A DNA stretch of 22,454 nt from Candidatus Jordarchaeia archaeon (GCA_029856435.1 JAHQXB010000059.1:1-22454), one strand, 5' to 3'; shown: positions 9,016 through 17,417, counted from the stretch's first letter. The notes: generated by a model not told the origin, from the letters alone. Made by a program: numbers and translations.

Positions 9016-9433
9016 CAAAAAATCACCAACCCACACAAAACTTGATGTGGAACTACTCTAGACCCAAACTTCTCGCACCCAATTCCTGGCAAATTTTAGC
9101 TTTTACAGGCTTAACCATCCTCACCAGTTTCCCTAGCAGGCCACAGCAGTCGCACAGGATACATCCCAATGAAGGGTATGGGCCATTTTTAACCCATTCC
9201 TAGGTTCATATACTCTGTTCCTGCGAACCATTTAAGTAGCCTATTCTTATAAGACTTTCAATTCCCAGACAGACTAACATTTTAGCATTTCCAGCCACAC
9301 CTAGAATATAACCCTAATAAATAAGAGTTTGAAATACTCTTTTAGCAGTTTTCCCCACAATGCGAAGGGTAGAGTTTCCCCTGGCGATTCTGTGAATCTA
9401 AAATAAGCCTGTTCCCTAAAAAAGGGAATATTT

Positions 9434-10849
9434 CTATCTTTGTGTTTCTCTGTTCTGCTTGTACAGGTATAGTTTTGAGAGGGCTTTCGCTGCTTCATAG
9501 ATTGATTGGTAGACGGGTAGATTCATGCTTTGAAACTTGCTCCTAATTTCCGCTTCAAATTCCGGATAAATGCTTTTGGTTACAGCTATCATGGTGGGTT
9601 TACCCTGCTCACTCATTATTTTTTTACAGGTTTCGCCCAAAATGAATGTAAACTTGTCCACCACGTTCGGGTCACGCGCAGTGTACACTTTGAATCCTGC
9701 GGGCTGAACCTCCACTATTAGTGAATGTATGTTTGTGTCCCGGGAAACAATGTTTAGAGCCTCTGGCAGTATGCCTGACTGAAAAGCCATCCAAGCGTCC
9801 AGAGGGTTTCTTATGCTTGCCCCCGCTACAGGAATAATTTTTCTAAGCTCCGCTTGGGTCTCCTCAGAGAATCTGGGAACCTTTAAACCCTCCTTAACAC
9901 ACAAATCCGAGTGAACCACTGCAGAGCCACCCGAAGTGGTAACTATGCTAACCCCCCTACCCTCAGGTGGAAAAGCGTAGAGAAAACCCACAATAAAATC
10001 CGCCATATCCTCAAAAGTCTCAACACTCACAGCCCTGACCTGTTTTATGAGCCCCTCCCAAATTTTGGTTGAGCCCGCCAGAACACCAGTGTGGGAGGCT
10101 GCAGCCTGAGCTCCATCCTCTGTTCGTCCTCCCTTAAGAACAACCAAAGGCTTTTTTTCCGAGACCCTTCTCAACGTTTCAAGTAGCCCCTCAGTTTTTC
10201 TTACACCCTCCACATAGGCTCCAATGATGCTGGTTTTAGGATCCTCCGCCAGATAGTCCACGAGCTCCACAAAGTCCACATCCAAAGCATTACCATAACT
10301 CACAACCTTACTGAAACGGAAACCCCGCCACAAACCCTCAAAAACAAAGTTCACAGCTTGACCCCCACTCTGAGAAATAAACGCTACAGGGCCCGACTCT
10401 GAGGGCAAGTCATGTGAGAAGAACAAGCCGGACTCCGGACAGTAAACCCCCATACAATTCGGGCCAATAATCCTAATCCCATAGCTCCTAGCAATTTTTA
10501 AAACCTCCTCTTCAAGCAGCTGCCCCTCCTCAAGTCCAGTTTCACTGAAACCCGAAGAATAAATGTGAACCACCCTAACACCCTTCCTGCCACAATCCTC
10601 CAAAGCTTCAGGCACAACCCTTGCCGGAACCGCAAAAATAGCATAATCCACAGGCTCAGGAACATCCAAAATGCTAGGATAACACTTCAAACCCAAAACC
10701 TCACTAACACGAGGATTAACTAGGAAAAACTTTTCCCTCAGCCTTGAAGAAGAAATAGGATTTATGTAGAAACTCACATCCTTGGAAGCACCTAAAAGAG
10801 CAACGGACCGAGGATAAAAAACCACGTCAAGATTTCTGCTCAAAACCAT
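9434..10849 (-). CDS. NDP-forming acyl-CoA synthetase (acetate-CoA ligase family), alpha subunit
   Basis: FYPRSVALLGAS CoA-binding start, SSGFSETG, IIGPNCMG, ISQSGG, VSYGN, LKGGRT...AAASHTG (phospho-His), TTSGG and NPLD. No ATP-grasp domain. TTG at 10852 is an alternative start. Confidence 0.9.
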   Translation of the reverse strand: MVLSRNLDVVFYPRSVALLGASKDVSFYINPISSSRLREKFFLVNPRVSEVLGLKCYPSILDVPEPVDYAIFAVPARVVPEALEDCGRKGVRVVHIYSSGFSETGLEEGQLLEEEVLKIARSYGIRIIGPNCMGVYCPESGLFFSHDLPSESGPVAFISQSGGQAVNFVFEGLWRGFRFSKVVSYGNALDVDFVELVDYLAEDPKTSIIGAYVEGVRKTEGLLETLRRVSEKKPLVVLKGGRTEDGAQAAASHTGVLAGSTKIWEGLIKQVRAVSVETFEDMADFIVGFLYAFPPEGRGVSIVTTSGGSAVVHSDLCVKEGLKVPRFSEETQAELRKIIPVAGASIRNPLDAWMAFQSGILPEALNIVSRDTNIHSLIVEVQPAGFKVYTARDPNVVDKFTFILGETCKKIMSEQGKPTMIAVTKSIYPEFEAEIRSKFQSMNLPVYQSIYEAAKALSKLYLYKQNRETQR

Positions 10850-10987
10850 CAACCTCTACTAATTCAGCTTCCCTTTTTTAACGATTTTAATATCCTATAA
10901 CATAGTACCCTAGCATCTCAGGTTCATGTGCTGGAATTACAGTTGAAAAACTTATTGGGACGATATAATAAAAAATATTACAAGACA

Positions 10988-11004
10988 TAAAAAGCCTTTG
11001 GTAC
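10988..11004 (-). promoter_or_regulatory. Putative BRE/TATA-like promoter motif, second copy of the 17-mer
   Basis: Exact match to 1663-1679, about 140 nt upstream of the minus-strand acyl-CoA synthetase start. Confidence 0.35.
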
Positions 11005-11284
11005 GAAGAAGAAGGTCGTTTAAAATTGAGAAGTTCCCCAAATTAAACCTTATCAACCGAGATAAGAGGGCGGAAAGTATGCTAAAAGATTACTCAACTC
11101 CCAAGTAAATGGATGGATGGAGAATTTGACAAATTTTGGCCAAAGAATTACAATTAAAAAGGGGATGCTTGGTGCATTAGAATATCTCTTGTTCTTTAAA
11201 TGGAGCCATTCCCAGTTAGCTTACTCTCCCTTAAAAAATAAAAAAGATGGCACTCTTATTCTGAAAAATTGGAGAAGAGGAGTT

Positions 11285-12592
11285 TTATCGCTCTATCTCT
11301 AGTTTATAGCTCTTTTCTCCCATCGCTTGAAGCACAAGCTCCGTTAAATCGTAGAGTTTGATTTTTTCTTTCTTCTCTTCGATGGTTTCGCCGAAGTTTA
11401 ATTCGCAGAACGGGCAACACGTAACCAATGCTTCCGCTCCCGTGGTCTTAGCTTCCTCAATCCTCTCTGCACCAGCAAAACGGGCCAGTTCTGGGTAAGC
11501 CGCTCTCACGCCTCCCCCTGCCGCACAGCAGAAGGAATATTCTCTTATCCTCATCATCTCGACGAAATCTAATCCTGGAATGTTTCTCAGAATGTTCCTT
11601 GGGGGCTCGTATACACCTCCTAAGCCGTATTTAACCTTCTTCGGCGGATCGAATAGGAGTGCCTGTCCAAATGCTTTCACCATTTTTCCCTCCCATGGTA
11701 TGGATGGTTCTCCTAGCCGGCCCAGATGACATGGGTCATGCCATGTTACCTTTAATGGTACTTCTTTTGTGAATTTAATCTTGCCCTTTTCCATGAGTCG
11801 TGTTATGTATTCTGATATGTGTAAGACTTCAGCGTTTATCTTTCCTATCTTAGGGTATTCCACTTTTAGCATGTGGTAGCAGCCGGCACACTGGGTCACT
11901 ATGGTTTTCACGTCTAGGTCGTTGAAGGTTTTGATGTTTTTTCTGGCGTATTTCTCGAATAGTCCTGTGGCTCCTATCTTGTATGGGGTGCTTGCGCAGC
12001 AGATTTCATTTTCTCCCAGTGTCCCGAAGTCCACACCTGCCAGCTCTAAGATCCTTGCCGTGTTTTTGGCGTTGGATGGTGTTCGATACGCAGCTGTACA
12101 CCCCACGTAGTATAAGACCTCAGCTTTCTCCTTTGTTACTTCTTTAATGTCTAGTCCTTCGGCCCATTGGCTTCGCTTCTCCTTTGGCTCTTTGTAGGGG
12201 TTATCATATTTTTCGACGTCATTAATCAAGTCTTTGTGTCTTTTGGGAATCCTGCCATCCTTGAAGAGTTTCACTCTTAGCTCGTGCAGTATTTCCATTG
12301 AGTCAATGATTCCCGTTGACATAATGTTTTTGCATGAAACTCCACAAGCACCATCCATACTACATCTATATACGATATCTACAAATTCATCTGTAAGTTC
12401 GAACCTATTCTCTAGTAATCCCAATGCGGCGATGATTTTTCCTCCTGCTGAATAGGAATGAAAGTTGTACTTCAAAATGCTTGGACAGTTCTGGGCAAAC
12501 CTCCAGTTTTTCACCTGCATTATGGGCACCCATTTACAGAGCGAACATCGAGAGCACCTCTCCATTTGGCTTTTATATTCCTCCAAACCCAA
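11285..12592 (-). CDS. (Fe-S)-binding oxidoreductase subunit, GlcF/GlpC/HdrD-like (ferredoxin domain + two CCG domains)
   Basis: CSRCSLC...CP and CSMDGACGVSC cluster motifs. CCG elements YVGC, ICCAS, TQCAGC, WHDPCHLGR, FCCAAGGG and VTCCPFC. GGGAGGTG RBS. Confidence 0.92.
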   Translation of the reverse strand: MGLEEYKSQMERCSRCSLCKWVPIMQVKNWRFAQNCPSILKYNFHSYSAGGKIIAALGLLENRFELTDEFVDIVYRCSMDGACGVSCKNIMSTGIIDSMEILHELRVKLFKDGRIPKRHKDLINDVEKYDNPYKEPKEKRSQWAEGLDIKEVTKEKAEVLYYVGCTAAYRTPSNAKNTARILELAGVDFGTLGENEICCASTPYKIGATGLFEKYARKNIKTFNDLDVKTIVTQCAGCYHMLKVEYPKIGKINAEVLHISEYITRLMEKGKIKFTKEVPLKVTWHDPCHLGRLGEPSIPWEGKMVKAFGQALLFDPPKKVKYGLGGVYEPPRNILRNIPGLDFVEMMRIREYSFCCAAGGGVRAAYPELARFAGAERIEEAKTTGAEALVTCCPFCELNFGETIEEKKEKIKLYDLTELVLQAMGEKSYKLEIER

Positions 12593-12611
12593 AATTTTTC
12601 ACCTCCCAAGG

Positions 12612-14195
12612 TCATTCTGGCTCAACATAAAAACCTCCCCCGTCAGACAGGTTTTTGGGGTCCAAAGCTTTTTTAATCCTTCTAACCCAAGTGTGGTAGT
12701 TGCACATGTGTGGACCTAGAATCTCTGAGCCAAGGTCACCGTATCTGCCTATGGGCTCCCCCAGCTTTTCTTTTACTACTGCTTCCATTTCTTCTTCAGC
12801 GTATTTCTGGACAGCCTTCAAAGACTCATTGTCAGACGGATCATACCCTATCAGCCCTTCATAATGAGCATGCCTACTTTGTTCTTCAGGTCCTCCCCAA
12901 TAATTCTCTGGGCCGTCCTGTACAAAGTTTCCAGCATCGATATATTTTTTCCTAATCTGAATTCCAATCGGTATTGCTCTCATGGCTCTGTCCGGACTCA
13001 CAAGCGATCCAAAGGAGGAGCAGAAGTCTCCCGTTAAACTAAATATGGCTGCATTGTAGTTTTGAAACGCTAGTGCTGAGAATAAAAATTCTTTCAAGGG
13101 CCCAAGAAATGGGTCGTCCTTAACGTTTTTCAACTTTCCATTGGTTTCCTCAACTATGTCCTTTAACACCATCTCCTCGTATTCCAACTCCTCCGCCGAG
13201 TGTCCGGCGAGTGTAATCTCTAGGCGATGTCTTGGAAAAATCTTTTCTATCAATTTGTAGATCTGCTCCATTCCCGCAATCCCCACCATGGGGGCCAAAA
13301 GTAGAGCCACGGATTCCGGTGAATTAGTCCTCCATATAAAATACCCTATCTTAGCATCACCTATCTTATATGTCGCATCATTTACGCTCTTCCAGTCCGG
13401 AAACTCAGCTATGTAGAGCCTCATATTCTCGGGAATCTCATAGCCCCAGGAAGGTATCTGACCCACAACTTTGAGCTCTGGAGGACCAGGCCAAGGATAG
13501 AGCTTGTATCCAATTTTGGTGCAGACCCCCAGACCTCCAGAAGGCCCCGCCTTTCCTCTAAACACGCCCCTTAAACTGGGACCCGGACCATCTCCACAGA
13601 ACCATCCTGCACCACTGCCCAGCGCCCCGAACCGGACAACCTCTCCGGTGGGAAGAACCCACTCCACTCCCAGAATGTTTCGATTATTGTGACTCGTAGT
13701 ATAGGCGGTGGCACCTATACCCTCCCAGCCGCTACAGGATGCTAGAATCGAGTGATTTGGCCCCGCACCAATCACGTGGCATATAAGTCCCCTTTTCATT
13801 GCTTCGGCTCTCAGCTGCATTGCTGACACATAGGGCTCCACTACTGCGTACATGTTTCTCTCGTCTATCTCCAGTATTCTATTCATTCGCCGCATATCCA
13901 ATAGTACCGAATTCTTTTTAGAAACCGCGGCGAAGGGAGCCCATCCAGTGCTCTGAGCTTTAAAGTGTATCCTTAATCTGTTGCAAGTTTTTACTATAGC
14001 TTGAACTTCCTCGGTACTTCCGGGTAGGATAACAGCGTCTGGAAAGAGTTTCCACTTGCTGGGAGGCTGATTCCCAATGGTAATTGATGCCATTGGATAA
14101 AAGCTGTAACCCGCCAACACCGCAGGGTTCTCCGATATATTTTCCGGTCCCACGATTGATTCTAAAGCCTGATAGGCACTTCTTTCTAAAGGCAA
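12612..14195 (-). CDS. FAD-binding oxidoreductase, VAO/PCMH/GlcD superfamily (subunit 2)
   Basis: PDAVILPGSTEEVQAIVKTCN, LLDMRRMNRILEIDERNMYAVVEPYV, GVEWVLPTGEVVRFG, GPGPSLRG, LGVCTKIG and IKKALDPKN. Confidence 0.88.
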   Translation of the reverse strand: MPLERSAYQALESIVGPENISENPAVLAGYSFYPMASITIGNQPPSKWKLFPDAVILPGSTEEVQAIVKTCNRLRIHFKAQSTGWAPFAAVSKKNSVLLDMRRMNRILEIDERNMYAVVEPYVSAMQLRAEAMKRGLICHVIGAGPNHSILASCSGWEGIGATAYTTSHNNRNILGVEWVLPTGEVVRFGALGSGAGWFCGDGPGPSLRGVFRGKAGPSGGLGVCTKIGYKLYPWPGPPELKVVGQIPSWGYEIPENMRLYIAEFPDWKSVNDATYKIGDAKIGYFIWRTNSPESVALLLAPMVGIAGMEQIYKLIEKIFPRHRLEITLAGHSAEELEYEEMVLKDIVEETNGKLKNVKDDPFLGPLKEFLFSALAFQNYNAAIFSLTGDFCSSFGSLVSPDRAMRAIPIGIQIRKKYIDAGNFVQDGPENYWGGPEEQSRHAHYEGLIGYDPSDNESLKAVQKYAEEEMEAVVKEKLGEPIGRYGDLGSEILGPHMCNYHTWVRRIKKALDPKNLSDGGGFYVEPE

Positions 14196-14207
14196 CTCAT
14201 CACCCCT

Positions 14208-15662
14208 TCAAAAGCACAATTTTCCCGGATTCATAATCCCGTTGGGATCAAAAATCTCCTTAATCTTCCTCAAAAGAAAAGTGGTCTCCGCATCCCTATT
14301 GTATATCATCTTTGCCAGCTCTCCATAAGGCCTACTAAAGAACGCCCCATTGCTGATTAAACTCTCAGACGCACGAATGTACAGGTTCTTAACCCTCCCG
14401 CTCTCCACAGCGTTAGCTCGATCATACATCAAGTTAAACTCGCAGTGGCATGCAACTCCCTGAATCACGGGCTGAATGTACACTCCCAGCTCCGTGGCGG
14501 GATAGTTGAACTTTTCTGCAGCCCTAAGCATGACATCGATAAATTCCGGAATTCTATCCAATGTGCTTAAAAACGGAATGTCTTGGAAACACCCCTTGTA
14601 CTTAAGCTTCCAGTACTGTTCAGGCAAGCTCTCCAATATCTTCAAGAATTCCTTGTCCCCGACACCGGAAACTGAAGTCACTAATTCTAAGCCGAACTGC
14701 TTAGCAATGTTCCTTACATCTCCCTCTTGGTACTCTACCCTTCTCTCCGGAAACCTCTCATATCCCGCTAAATTGAGAATCAAGATCCAGGGTGGTAAAG
14801 TATTGGTAAGTTCATTAATTTCGTTAATCTTCTCTCTGACAATGTTTGCGAAACTGAAGTTGTTTAGCAGAAAAACTTCTTCTCCCAGACGCCGCCTAAG
14901 AATTGCATAAGCAAATTCGATTAAGTTTTTCACATCCATGGATGGTACGAAGTATAATCTCTGAAGTTTTGGAACCAGTTCACATCTCAAAATTCCCCAA
15001 GTTATTATACCCATTGTTCCCTGAGCACCCTGTATGATTCTAACTGGATCAAACTGACCTGGACCCATAGGGCTGCTAAACGCTCCCTCCCCTAGTTCCT
15101 CCAAACTCTCAATGAGGGACGCTTCTCCCGTCCTAAAAACGTCGCCTGTTCCATAAATTACCTCCACAGAAACTAGTGGGTCAAGCATATCCCAGTGGTA
15201 CCTTGGCATAAGAATTGGCTCTCTCTCCACCGCACTCATTAAAGCTGATTTAGTTCTCCGAGGAAGCAAGGGCATGTAAGGTCTCAAACCATACTTTTTA
15301 AGTTCTGGTATTAGTTGCTCAAAGGTAACTCCAGCCTCCACGGCTGCAATCTTATTTCTGCGGTTAATAGTTAAAATATTATTCATTCGACTCAGATCTA
15401 CTATAACGCTGCCACCCAGAACAGGAATCGTATCGCCATGGAATCTGGGGGGCCCCGAACTACAGGGTACCAGTGGTATCTTATTCTCCCTAGCAATGTC
15501 AACTATCCTCTGGACCTCATCTCTGCCCTTAGGCCTTACCACACCTATCGGTCTTCGGGCTGCAACAAAACTAAGATCCTGAGAAAAATTCTCCAAAACC
15601 TTTGGATCATCGGAAACATTTTCACTTCCCAAAACATCAATAAACTTTTCTAAAATCACCAT
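14208..15662 (-). CDS. FAD-binding oxidoreductase, VAO/PCMH/GlcD superfamily (subunit 1)
   Basis: VVRPKGRDEVQRIVDIAREN, IVDLSRMNNIL, AVEAGVTFEQL, EVIYGTGDVFRTG, GAQGTMGIIT and IKEIFDPNGIMNPGK. GGAGGTG RBS. Confidence 0.88.
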   Translation of the reverse strand: MVILEKFIDVLGSENVSDDPKVLENFSQDLSFVAARRPIGVVRPKGRDEVQRIVDIARENKIPLVPCSSGPPRFHGDTIPVLGGSVIVDLSRMNNILTINRRNKIAAVEAGVTFEQLIPELKKYGLRPYMPLLPRRTKSALMSAVEREPILMPRYHWDMLDPLVSVEVIYGTGDVFRTGEASLIESLEELGEGAFSSPMGPGQFDPVRIIQGAQGTMGIITWGILRCELVPKLQRLYFVPSMDVKNLIEFAYAILRRRLGEEVFLLNNFSFANIVREKINEINELTNTLPPWILILNLAGYERFPERRVEYQEGDVRNIAKQFGLELVTSVSGVGDKEFLKILESLPEQYWKLKYKGCFQDIPFLSTLDRIPEFIDVMLRAAEKFNYPATELGVYIQPVIQGVACHCEFNLMYDRANAVESGRVKNLYIRASESLISNGAFFSRPYGELAKMIYNRDAETTFLLRKIKEIFDPNGIMNPGKLCF

Positions 15663-15781
15663 TCACCTCCAACTCTCACAGCTATTTTAAGTCGCATACC
15701 CTTCACTGGATGATTGTAGGCTTCAGCATTCCTGAAATTTTTCCAGCAGAAAGTACATGTAGAAATTATTACCTGTGCCAA
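15656..15781 (-). CDS. 41-aa CxxC mini-ORF (MAQVIISTCTFCWKNFRNAEAYNHPVKGMRLKIAVRVGGEW); CCG-domain remnant or leader peptide
   Basis: Translated by hand, below the ORF-track cutoff. AGGAGGTG RBS, TTG start, and a TGA stop inside the first codons of the flavoprotein gene. Resembles EALVTCCPFCELNF of the Fe-S subunit. Confidence 0.45.
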   Translation of the reverse strand: MAQVIISTCTFCWKNFRNAEAYNHPVKGMRLKIAVRVGGEW

Positions 15782-15942
15782 TTCCACACCTCCTTCTGAT
15801 TCCTATTCACACGAAGTTTTTCCTTAGTTGTATTTGTTTTTGTACAAAATTCGACTATTTTTATGCCCGTGTGCTTTCTGGAAACCTTCTGGCAATCACT
15901 GCATTTCCTTTCATCCGACAGATATATTTCTCCCTTATTTCA

Positions 15943-15973
15943 GAAAGGGTATATAAATTGTGTATAACAATTT
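15943..15973. promoter_or_regulatory. Divergent TATA element with adjacent operator-like palindrome
   Basis: GAAAGGG-TATATAAA (TATA 15950-15957; TTTATATA on the minus strand) overlaps AAATTGT-N5-ACAATTT (15955-15973) in the divergent intergenic region. Confidence 0.5.
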
Positions 15974-16145
15974 TTGAAGAATAAGCTCAAAACATATGAA
16001 CAATATTTTAGAGTTCCACAAATCTCGTTAGAATGAGGCAAGTGGATATGCCTTTTTCATTATCCGCCCAAATTCGTAAAGACAAACAATAAAATTATAT
16101 ACAATTTTTTCAAGATTGATAACTGGGAATTTTGGAGGTGTGGAA

Positions 16146-17039
16146 TTGTCCTTTGCCAAGATTGACAAGGAAATTCTCTCGGGCCTAACCGAAAAGCCAA
16201 TGAGTATTTACGAAATCTCCCGCAGAACCGGAAGAGCTTGGAAAACAGTTAGGGACCATCTGAGAAGGCTAAAAGAGCTGGGAAAAGTGGAGTGCATCAA
16301 CCAGGGAGCAGATAAGTTGTGGCGTTTAAGTTATGGTGGACTCGGAACTCTGGAGGAGTATCAAATAATTGGGGTGGATCTTAGAAACATTACTCTGAAC
16401 AGGGTGGATGCAAAGGAGCTTTTTTACTACAACAAGGCTGAGGGTAAGTTCAGGATGCCCCTCATAGAAGAGTGGGGGATGATTTTCTCCCTATATCTCT
16501 TTGAAGCCCTCAGATCCGTTTTGGCCAAAAGGTTTGGCCCCAAGAATGCTGAGTCCATTCTTTTTGCTGTGGGAAGAGAACACGCCCTCTATGGAATAAA
16601 GAAATTTTCAAACATGCTCGGACCAGCGAAGAGGAGCCTCGCAGAAAACCTCTTTGAACACGGAGTAAACCTTGAAGAAGCCAAAGGACTCTTCAAATCG
16701 GTCTTCGAATCCCAAGGATGGTTCAAAGTGGTAGACATACAAATTGGCAGAAACATTGTAATAAAGCTTAAAAATACCTTCGAGTCAATCGCCTACAGCG
16801 GACTCTACCCATGCAGCTTCCTCGAAGGATTCCTAGTGGGATTAATAGAAGTACTATTCCACGAAAAAATTGTGAACCACCAAGAGTCAAGCTGCGTCTC
16901 CCAAGGAAAGGATTACTGCGAATTCCACATAGAAATGGAGAACGATATAAACAATAAATTCAACCCTTCCCGAAAAAGTAAACTAGCATCCACCCCCACC
17001 GGTGATACCCTCTTCACTCCCAACCAAAAACCATCGTAA
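16146..17039 (+). CDS. Transcriptional regulator: N-terminal winged HTH + C-terminal V4R domain
   Basis: IDKEILSGL..PMSIYEISRRTGRAWKTVRDHLRRLKELGKV is a wHTH. LFAVGRE, QGWFKV and PCSFLEGFLVG...ESSCVSQGKDYCEFHI give the V4R C..G..G...E..C..G...C.F pattern. TTG at 16146 follows GGAGGTG (track start 16116). Confidence 0.85.
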   Translation: MSFAKIDKEILSGLTEKPMSIYEISRRTGRAWKTVRDHLRRLKELGKVECINQGADKLWRLSYGGLGTLEEYQIIGVDLRNITLNRVDAKELFYYNKAEGKFRMPLIEEWGMIFSLYLFEALRSVLAKRFGPKNAESILFAVGREHALYGIKKFSNMLGPAKRSLAENLFEHGVNLEEAKGLFKSVFESQGWFKVVDIQIGRNIVIKLKNTFESIAYSGLYPCSFLEGFLVGLIEVLFHEKIVNHQESSCVSQGKDYCEFHIEMENDINNKFNPSRKSKLASTPTGDTLFTPNQKPS

Positions 17040-17251
17040 AAACCCAGACACCAAACACCATAATCCTTGTTTAACAACAGCTCTGGCACCATTAAAACTC
17101 ATCTGGCCGGGATACTGATTACACCTTCAATTTTTACCCTTGTAAATTTCCTTTTAGGGTTTTGGCGTGGCTTCTTTTATTTCTATACGTGGGAAGTTAG
17201 AAATCTATTTCCAAACTTGAGTAACTCTGGAGTGTTAAAACTGCTTCTATC

Positions 17252-17384
17252 TATAGACTTTCCATTTAATTTTTTCCTTTTCTCTTCCAGAAAGTATGGT
17301 TTTTTCCGCCTCTTTTGGGAAAAGAAGCCTTAAATAGCCCCGGTTAAGGATAGGTTTAGGAAAAAATTAATGAGAAACTCTATA
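17252..17384. mobile_element. MITE-like element, copy 2 (133 bp), inverted relative to copy 1
   Basis: The reverse complement differs from 3557-3688 by 4 substitutions and 1 indel in an A run. Similarity ends sharply at the terminal TATA on both sides. Confidence 0.8.
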
Positions 17385-17417
17385 GAAAGCGATATCACAT
17401 AAGTAAAAGCCGTCCTC

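Noticed and set aside
260-9036. Three PP-loop-family genes (nadE, queC, ttuA-like) as a coordinated nucleotide-modification or 7-deazaguanine DNA-modification system
   Set aside because: They are dispersed, on different strands, one is truncated, and no queD, queE, folE, dpdA or tgt gene is present.
9053-9298. Minus-strand frame with two stops containing GCILCDCCGLLG, suggestive of an Fe-S gene remnant or recoded UGA/UAG
   Set aside because: One short Cys cluster only, with no other family motif and no visible recoding signal. Cannot be supported without a search.
11285-15662. Calling the three genes glcDEF or a lactate dehydrogenase
   Set aside because: The architecture is similar, but the 2-hydroxyacid dehydrogenase metal-binding motifs are absent from both flavoproteins.
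529-15984. Remaining short antisense or nested ORFs in the track (e.g. 951-1286, 2875-3198, 4086-4628, 5653-6045, 14506-14910)
   Set aside because: They lie within well-supported genes on the opposite strand or another frame and have no independent evidence.
17067-17333. 88-aa ORF downstream of the V4R gene
   Set aside because: Its 3' part is read through MITE copy 2. It is Phe-rich low-complexity sequence with no RBS.
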